This document shows positions 55,701-64,000 of a DNA stretch of 64,000 nt, in pieces (positions within the stretch are counted from its first letter, which is position 1; each line of letters opens with the position of its first letter). This DNA comes from Eukaryota sp. GEM-RC1 (taxonomy: Eukaryota), in NCBI GenBank assembly GCA_040285855.1, contig JAUFOQ010000002.1:3348001-3412000 (forward strand), read 5' to 3'. A program made the translations under genes and the position numbers. The notes beneath the pieces were generated by a model that worked only from the letters and a program-made list of their open reading frames with translations, did no database searches and was not told where the DNA came from.

Positions 55701-57675
55701 AGAATGAACAAGAAATTTGATTTTATGTTTCAGTTTGGTTGAATCGTATCGTTTTTACAATATTTACAACAATTCCTATTATGATATCAAAAGCTCTTTT
55801 AGCTCTCAGTATTTTTTATGACGAAAAAGCTTATGTGAGTTTTAATGACATTGACTGTTGCTTTAATGTTATTGAGTTTTAGTTCTTCTGTATATCTTCT
55901 CAAAAAGTTGATAAAGGCTCATCCAGAGATTTAGGACTTGCACATGGCAGGAATTTGATCTCTGACAGCATCATTAATACAAGTTCCATAAGTAATGAAA
56001 TTATTGCAACTCAAAAGGTGAGAAAAAGTAACTAATTTACCACATTTACATTGAAGATCATTAGGTTACTAGTATTTGTGTTTATCTTAGTGTTTTTGTT
56101 CCATAAACAAAGAGTTGCTTTAATGATATTGAGTTCTAGTTTTTGTGTTTTTCTTCCTGTTTTTGTTCCATAAAGTGGATAAAGACTCAGCAAGAGATTT
56201 AGGACTTACACATCTGACAGCATTGAGAATGCAAGTTTGAATTGTGGTTACAACTCAAAAGGAAAAACGGGGTTTATGATCAATCAGTGAAATCAATGCA
56301 TTTGCAGAAATTGATAACTAACAGACACTAACTAAAGTATCTAAACTATGGTTCTTCTGTCCATTTTTTTGAAACGAATTATTTATTCTAAATGTAATAG
56401 ACAATAACACTACAGTGTACATACATCTAGTAATCAATATCCTCAAAGTCCAGATTGCCTAACTGGAAATTTTCACCTACCTTATCTTCATAATGTCTGC
56501 CAAGAGAAAATAAAGCGCTAGATACAGAAGTGACCATACCTTTAAAGATAACAAACACGATTCGATTTTTCCAAAATGTAAGATCAAAAGTCCTAGATGT
56601 TTTTTCTTTTACAATTTCATAGTTTGTACGAAGGTTACCTTATTGGGTGCCGAATAAACATGTTTCATCTTCACAAAAATTTCAAGTAATAAGTAATAGT
56701 AATCTTCTGTCCATCACCGAACAACTTACCTAAAATTGAATTAAAATATCGAGTGAATTAAACAAAAGGAAAAAGTAACTACAATGTACCGTAATTGGCC
56801 ATTCAATATCAGATTCCATCAGATGCCATTTCATACTACCGACATACTTCAGACATTCAAAATGTGTTAAAAGGTGTTTTTGGAGTTTCTTAAGAGCAAA
56901 TTTCAAAGCAGTGATACATCGTTCTGGCATTTCACATATACCAGCTCGGAAACAAGTTTGCCAAAGGTCAGGTGAAATTAACGACAATTCTTTCATGGCA
57001 TCACTAGTAGCTTAATTTGACCTGATTCATGTTGCATTTTTGATGATCTTTGCTTTTATCGAACAAAAACTGGAACTCAACAACATTAAAGCAAACTCGT
57101 CATGCTAAAAAATTGTTAATCAGGAAAAGTAACTCATCTGCTTCGCTCTCTCCCCCCTGTACTTATCTATAACTCCTGTGGAAGCTTTACCAATTCGAAC
57201 TGACTTTCTTGCATTTTTGTTATCAGTGGATCCTGCTGCATTGAACAATCACATCTTCATCTTGGTGGTATTGGTTTCACTTCGTCTAAATGGTGGACCA
57301 AATCTACTTTCATTGGTGGTGGTAAGAATTTTGTCTTTGAGTTCTGTAGACGTTACCCAAGTCAAGAAAATCTTCTTGTTTCGACAAGTAGTTTTTTCTT
57401 GGTAAGTTTGAGATCCGAATTATCGCTAATTTCACCTAGCCTCTGGCAAACTTGTTTCCCAGCAGATATTTGTGAAATACCAGAACGATGTGTCACTTCT
57501 TCAATTTTTGGTCCTAAGAAACTCCAAAAACACCTTCTAAAACATTTTGAATGTCTGGATTTTCAAATTCGACTTGGCTCGGTTTGGTTGAATCGTATTG
57601 TATTTACAATATTTAAAACAATTCCTATCATGATTTCAAAAGCTCTATTAGCTCTCAGTGTTTTTTATGAAGAAA

Positions 57676-59293
57676 CAGTGGCTGAAGTGATTCTTGCCGC
57701 AATGTGACAAAGGTTTGGGAAATACGACGCCACAGTATCAAGCCACCAATTATGAGGTGCTTGGTATCCTGATTGTCTTTTGAACATGTGATCTTCCCTA
57801 AATTTGCGGAACTCTTTTCTAAAAGAACTTGTTTTCCTGGAAAATTGTTCTCAAGAAAATCCTTCAAGCCCTGGTAGAGACGAGGATTGCTGAGATAAGC
57901 CAAATTTTTAGTCCTGAGCGCTGGATTCAAAATTTGATAATCTCAGAAACTTTGAGCCATGAATTATTTCGAATTCCTGAGATAAACTCTTGTTTGTCGA
58001 CAACTTTTAGCAAACATTTCCTATTCCAAAGAATTGTTTCAACGAGGAGCACAACATAACAAAAGCGGGTAACTGGATAACTTCTCAACACTTTACCTCC
58101 TGCTTCTTTCAACCAAGCAGCTGGTCTACTTTGGTTTTTGAAAACAGACAGAAGAACTTTCACCATGGAAACTATTCTCTGAATCCAAGGTTCTGAATTC
58201 AAATCATTTAAAAGTAGATTTAACGAGTGTGAGAAACAATGAGAAAGAAGGAACAGAGGTTTAAGTGGGGCATCATTCTGAACCTCAGAGTGGAATAAAT
58301 CTTTTGCTGAACTGTTGACACTAGCTCCATCCAATGCTAACATATAAAGATTTGGTGACCCGGTAAGTATCTCAGGACGTAGATGTGGATCAGTAGAGTA
58401 AATTGAGATCATAGTTTGAAGAAGATAAACAGCGCGGTCCAACACTTTTGCAATATGTTCGGCGTTTGCCGTATCACCTTCTAACGGGATAAAACCCAAG
58501 TAGAAAGAATTTCCATTTCTAGATACAATGATATTGTGGATGGGAGAGGTTTTAGTCGAATAACCATCAACGGAAATCTCTGCTCCATATGCCAGCAATG
58601 AAGGTAAGAATTTGTCCCGAACTAGAGCGCTGACCTTATCAGCTATGGCAGGCAAATAATCGGAGGACAATTTACGCCGTGTGGGGCCTAAGTAGTCTTT
58701 AGGTACTTGACGTTGACGATGTGCCGTCGCAAAAGTCTTCAGAGCTTTTCGAAAATACTGATCATCCACTAACTGATGTGGTAAACCATTGGCTGCAACA
58801 GCCGTAGCAAAGTCTTTGCCTATGGTGTCAATGGTGTCAGTTAAGGGGAAGAAGCTGTTAGTGCACTCCTCATCGCTCTCGGAAATAACAACTTCCTCGA
58901 GGATGTTTTTTCGTAAGATGACGAGAGTTCCTTGCTTTTTTTAACTTCCAGCTTATTGTTACAGTATTTGAGAAGTTGAGAAATTTCAACAGTGTTCTGC
59001 CATCCGGAGCATCCAAGAAGATGACGTTTCGAAAAGCGGGTCGTGTTAGAGTTAGGAAAGACACAACGGCAGCCAAAGCAAAAGACATCATATTGGGAGG
59101 TCCCTTTGGGGTTGCTGACAGCAACCATACTCCAAAGAGGATTCCCACCCTTGACGTGACGTAAAGAATAGTTGACAGGGGGGGTTTTACTAGGAGAGGG
59201 TTGTATCATAATTGTTGAGAGAAGTAATTTACCAACTGTATTTGCAGTGGCAGAGATGTTACCGCAACAACTAGAATCAAATTTATGAACCAA
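57676..59293 (-). pseudogene. hAT transposase, 3'-truncated at the array boundary and frameshifted
   Basis: BED-like PLW..VFCFGC..TTRFSKRHLLGC; ANGLPHQLVDDQYF; SVDGYS (D1); LDGASVN (D2); HCFSHSLNLLL; PVTRF. No C-terminal ER.FS motif appears before the array begins. Confidence 0.85.
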
Positions 59294-59389
59294 TGCCGTT
59301 AGTTGATTGATCTACACATACTAACCATGGCTTTCAACGGTTTAGATAGTACAATCAGAGAAATGTTGAAGTCTAGCGAAATTCGTTCA

Positions 59390-59508
59390 AAAAATACAAA
59401 AATACAAAAATACAAAAAAATACACTTTTGAGACACAGTTGTATTTTACAAAAATACAAAAATACACTAAAAATACAAAAATACACAAAAGTGTATTTTT
59501 CAGCTATG
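59390..59508 (-). repeat. aaaatac-type repeats, probable subterminal region and 5' end of the truncated hAT
   Basis: About 8 copies of aaaatac(a) ending in gtgtatttttcagctatg (reverse complement catagctgaaaaatacac), upstream of the transposase. No partner end in the window. Confidence 0.5.
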
Positions 59509-60049
59509 TCTACAAGTAGTTTCTCTCTAGTTCTGACTAACAAATGTAAAACGAATATCATTCTTCACATCATCTTACACGACGTTTCCTTCTAGCCCCG
59601 TTGGAAAACAGATAGCAAAAGCCGACTAGTATCTCCCGGAACTCGATTCAATCAATGTAATTCTGTGATAGTAAATGACGTGAGTAGTGATGATGATGAA
59701 GTTCAAGAAATTGCTGAACGGCCTGGACCTGTTTCCTATGTTCAAGATGTGTTAAGTCCAATACAAAAATTTATTTAAATTTCTTCCCAGCAATATACAA
59801 ATGTTGTAAAACGTTTTTCATTAGAGCTCGATTGGCGCCAGGGTTGTCAAAACACTGCTCATCTAATCGAAGACTTGTCAATCAACTATTTCTCTCTGTA
59901 ACTAGAGAGTTTTGGGACATTAGTTTGGTTCACAAGACGTTTAGTCAGAAACTACTCAACTTAAATATCGCTTAATGATGTTCTTATGGTTTATCGGTGT
60001 AATATAGACAATAAATAATCTCATCAACAATAATTATATTGCTACCAAT

Positions 60050-60136
60050 TATTGCAATATATTGCAGTATTGCAATACTGTATTGCAAATCTTTTTGGCC
60101 CTGCAATATATTGCAATATATTTTTGACAGTCCCTG
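60050..60136 (-). repeat. Orphan hAT-like terminus with tattgca-type subterminal repeats
   Basis: tttttgacagtccctg (reverse complement cagggactgtcaaaaa) resembles the TIR at 34566 and is preceded by several tattgca/tgcaata motifs. Confidence 0.5.
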
Positions 60137-60211
60137 CCTACAGCTAGTCTTTATACAAAAACACCATCATCTATCTTCTGTTTTACTCATTATTGAAACT
60201 TTTCACACCTA

Positions 60212-61161
60212 CAGTCAACCCTGGATATACCGTATATCTGATATAGCGTAAATTCGTGAATTTTCACTGTCCGACATTCTCCTCCACATTTTTTGTTGTG
60301 CAACAATCTGATTCTCGTGTCTTTTCCCTTGTGTGTCTTTTGTAGTTACAATAAACTAAAAAATAAAATTACTATTGTTCTATCGCCACATGGACTTACA
60401 ACTTGCCAATGCAGTGGAAATGTTCTTATCTGCTTTCCAAAGAAGTATCATCAACATTCACACCATATACAACAGGATTGATCTTCATCTCTTAGTGAGT
60501 CATTGGCATCAATGACATGCCTTGAATCACTCCCTACAAGGAGAAAGACTGTCGATGAAGGGGAGAAGGTTTCAGGGAAGATGTTTTCTTATATACGGAT
60601 GTTGCTCAAGAAGAGACTTCGATTACTAACAGCACTAGTGTTGTGTTTGAACTTGTTTTATATCCGGAAAAGGTGTAAATACGGAACTGTGAAGATGTTG
60701 TACATTTGTAGCCTTTTTTGGATGCGTTGTGCTTTGACTTTTGGGAATAAGGCGAAGACCTGTCAGAAAAATGGTTTTGCTCGTCAGCAGGAAGGCTTCA
60801 AACATAGAACTTCTGAGGAGAGGTCTTAACGAGGAGTGAGAAGGTTCTAACTTCTTTTCCACACTTCTTCCACTCAGCCGAACAACAGAATGAAACGGTT
60901 GAGCAATTACACTCGATGGATGTTACTTTGAACTCAGCCTCTTCCAACCACAAAAATATTTTTGGTAGTCATATCTTGTCCCTGTGACGGTTTTAAGGTT
61001 TCCCAGTAGTGTGTGCTGATGACCACCATAGTCTTCTTTCGTCATGTGTTATGTATAAAATGTGTCCTTAGATGTGTTTATGCCCATACATGAAAACTGG
61101 ATATAGCGTAAAACTGGATATAGCGTCGACCATATAATGACGCTATATCCAGGGTTGACTG
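60212..61161. mobile_element. Non-autonomous Tc1/mariner-pogo-type element (950 bp)
   Basis: TA on both flanks; perfect 18-bp TIR cagtcaaccctggatata; extra internal ctggatatagcg motifs near the ends; no recognisable transposase. Confidence 0.88.
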
Positions 61162-61299
61162 TATATGATTAAATCTTTTCTTTTCATCACTCATTTATTG
61201 TTTTTACAAGTGCGGATCTGATTAGGAGCACTAACATGTATGACTTCTCTTTACCGATCTCATAAATTTGTGACTGACTTGTAACACGTTATAAATATT

Positions 61300-63590
61300 A
61301 AAAATTTTAAGGCTCATATTGTGTGGCTTAATTTTTGGAAAGTGTGTAACAGCTCATAGCAGGGATCGAAAAATATATATTGGAATTTAATTCACCTTGT
61401 GCATGCTTAATTAGTCTTCAAAATTTAATTGATAATCTTGACTCCAATTTGTGGTCGTATTTATTTCCTGTTGGGGTAACAGAAATTCAGCAGAGAAGCA
61501 TTTTCTCTTTGCCTTTGTGTGTTCGCAAGTTACAGAAGAAGTTTGTTTTGTTTCACAAATGCTTCGACTTAAAACCGTATTAGCTTGGCTAAGACTAAGA
61601 GTCCCGCTTTTTGTGCTTTTTCGAATGATATTTCTTCAAGATCTGCGTGTTCATTTGTTTCTCGTTTGCCAAGAAAATTTTGTTTTAATATTAAGGATCA
61701 TGAATGGCTTATAAACATGAGACTTAGGTTATTTTTATGGCCTTCAGGTCTTTTGAAGCATTCTCCATGTCTTTGTGGTCGTTCAAAGGCTTAAAATTTT
61801 CATAATTTAGTTAACTGTCGTCAATTTATTCATTTTAGATCAAATATTCACAACAGTATCCGGGATACATGTTTGGATATGTTTATAGCTAATGGTTTCA
61901 TGGATAAATTGAATCTTTACTTGCTGATCTCTCTGATCAGCCAAATGTTGAAAGAAGTCGTGGTGATTTGATTGGACCTTGGTTATCTTGTCAGGAAATT
62001 ATGATGGATTTCACGACTGTTGCTGCTTGTAATTCAAGATCAATTTCCAAAATGTTTGATGGTGATTTTTCAGCTCTTGAAGTGGCTGAAAAAGGAAAAA
62101 TACAAAGTAATCGATATCCATCAAGAACTTCTCTTCTTGAAAGTACTTGCAGCTTTTATCTTAATCTCCGTGGTGAAATAGGAAATCTTTCTCCTGAGTT
62201 ATGGTCGTCTTGATTTCCTGTTGATATCAAAGAAATTCCATGTCGAAACATTTTGTCTTTAAAGTTTGCTTTAAAAAAGCTACAAAATCATTTATTAAAA
62301 TATTTTGAAAGTTTAGACTTTACAGTCCGTCTTAGCTCGGCTAAGGAAAGAAATCCAGTTTTCGCTAATTTTTTAATTGATTTAAAGGAGAGTTCTGCCG
62401 TGGCGTTAATTAATCAAATTCCACAAGTATATGGTTTATTATAAAATGATTATCAATGGACCACTACAATGAGCCTTCGATGTTATTTATGGCCATATAA
62501 TTTGCCAAATGATCTTCAATGTAGGTGTGGAAAACAATTAACGTTTTCTCATCTGTTAAGTTGTAATCGCTACATAACTTATCGAACGTGTATGCATGAT
62601 GCTGTAAGAGATTAAATACATGCTATGTGTAAGTCTTACAAAATTCAGTCATTTGTTGAACCACTTCTAAGATCTTTAGAACCAAGGTATAATTGTAATG
62701 TCGAAAAACAGAACCAATTTTTTGGTAAACAGAGAGCAGATGTTGTTGTCCCTTCTTCTGCAGACAAATTGTTTGTTGTTGATGTTGTGTCAGTGGATGT
62801 TTGTAAAAGACATCTTTAAAGAATGCTTATTCTGAAACTTCCCCTTTAGACATTTCTGAACAAGCCAAACAGGATAAGTACAGAAAACCATTGCTAGCTT
62901 TAAAACATGTAAAACATGTTGAATACGAATTACGCCCCTTTGCCGTTTCAATTTACGGTCGTTTAGGAAAAGTGCAATGAATTTTTTAAACGATTTCGGA
63001 AAAATCGTAAAAAATAGGATGAACAAACGTTTTGATCATATGTTATGGTTGAATCGGATCGTTTTTACTGTTTTTAAAACAGTTCCCCTAATCATCTCCA
63101 AAGCTTTATTAGCAGTGAGTGCCTTTTATGAGGATAAAGCTGTTGTAAGGTTCGATAGCGACGGGTGTTGTTTTAATGATATCAAATTTTAGTTGTTTGA
63201 TCTATTACATTTATAATAAAATAAAAGTAAAGTTAAAAAAGGGATTGCTACTTCATTAACCATTTGAATGTTGACAGGTACATTTCTTTTGTGTTTCAAC
63301 CTTTTGCGATGTCGATATATGGTAATATTGGACCAGCTGCACAAGGTTATATAACTTCCTTTGGTAAATTGTGTTCTGAGTACGGTAAAGTTTTCAATGA
63401 AAATTTTTGGTTGAGTAGGTTACCGTTTGCGTTGTTTCGTTCAATGCGCAGATATTTTAATTCAATTTTAGGTAAGTTGTTCGGTGATGGACAGAACGAT
63501 CATAGTTTAGATGCTTTAGTTAGTGTCTGTTAGTTATTAACTTCTGCAAATGCATTTATTTCACTGATTGATCATAAACCCCGTTTTTTT
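61300..63590 (+). pseudogene. Decayed lineage-B RLE non-LTR retrotransposon 3' region, interrupted at ~62110-63240 by a lineage-A copy (5' boundary approximate)
   Basis: LWSYLFPVGVTEI..RKLQK; WLINMRLRLFLWP; CLCGRSKA*NFHNLVNC..RSNIHNSIRD (CCHC plus R..H); SRGDLIGPW..MMDFTTV..AEKGK (RLE). Resumes after 63240 with FQPFAMSIYGNIGP..FWLSRL..LVSVC*. Confidence 0.83.
62110..63240 (+). mobile_element. 5'-truncated lineage-A-related RLE non-LTR retrotransposon with intact zinc-knuckle region
   Basis: CRCGKQLTFSHLLSC..RTCMHDAVRD; FVEPLL; RADVVVP..VVDVVSVDVCK; WLNRIVF..FNDIKF* (stop 63190-63192); AATAAA and an A-rich tail. Several stops and frameshifts. Confidence 0.88.
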
Positions 63591-64000
63591 AAATATGTAC
63601 AATAAATATATCGGAAAATGTGATCATTGCAATAAATGTACTGGAAAATGTAGTGATTGTAAAAAAATAATTGCAATATATTGGAATATTTCGGGTAAAA
63701 TTTGGTCTGTGAAAATGTAGGAAATTGAGATGTTCTGCTGAAATTTACTGACTGCAAATCAATCACTAGAACATCAGAGCTTTTAGCCGGTTACCCTTTC
63801 AGATACTATGAGCCTCATAGTTCAATTCTAACGTATTTTCTCTCTCTCTTGAACGACGGATCAAGTCAGAGAGGTCACACATCGAATCCTATCCTTAAAT
63901 TGACCATAGTATCAGTTTCCATTGATCTCAGAACTTGCAATACACTGTTCTGTAAGTGTACCTTGCTTGAAGGGTTGACAAACCCACTTAAAGTCTTGCT

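Larger units (their letters stand above)
1..57675. repeat. Tandem macrosatellite, ~19 units of ~2.58-2.60 kb, built from non-LTR retrotransposon fragments and interrupted by insertions
   Basis: The anchor ttattctaaatgtaatagac recurs at 1, 3124, 5682, 8259, 10835, 13414, 16014, 19180, 22721, 27264, (inverted ~31170), 40885, 43470, 46057, 48643, 51228, 53813 and 56383. The ELSLISPDLWQTC segment occurs 19 times. The array runs off the left edge and ends abruptly at ...ttttatgaagaaa (~57675). Confidence 0.97.

Noticed and set aside
375..57405. Many repeated 60-140 aa ORFs as a tandem small-protein gene family
   Set aside because: They are shifting frames of retrotransposon fragments; their starts and ends vary with homopolymer indels and they cross insertion junctions.
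1..57675. Head-to-tail array of intact retrotransposons or LTR elements
   Set aside because: No RT catalytic core, gag, integrase or LTR termini were seen; units hold only 3' fragments and replicate old TSDs identically, which indicates DNA-level amplification.
62104..63240. aaagtaa as the TSD of the flank A insertion
   Set aside because: Low-complexity match inside an A-rich tail and not flush with where B resumes; the TSD cannot be called.
63590..64000. tgcaata-rich stretch as another transposon end
   Set aside because: It resembles 60050-60120 only loosely; no TIR, TSD or coding motif is identifiable within the window.

Overview
AT-rich eukaryotic-type repeat region with no recognisable host gene. 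Bases 1-~57675 are a tandem macrosatellite of about 19 copies of a ~2.58-2.60 kb unit. The unit is not a simple satellite. It is a nest of 5'-truncated 3' ends of restriction-like-endonuclease (RLE, CRE/SLACS-like) non-LTR retrotransposons from several lineages (called A, B, C, D here). They are inserted into one another in both orientations, with target-site duplications (TSDs) and tails still readable. After amplification the array gained further retro-insertions (867-1383 and its copies, 18321-18898, 32956-33330), a ~470 bp sub-repeat, a ~500 bp inversion, and three hAT DNA transposons with 8-bp TSDs, one nested inside another. The right flank (57.7-64 kb) holds a truncated hAT transposase, a TA-flanked Tc1/mariner-pogo-type non-autonomous element, and less-deleted single-copy relatives of lineages A and B (A inserted into B) that show the CCHC knuckle and RLE motifs. 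All alignments were done by eye. Many 1-bp homopolymer differences may be long-read errors.
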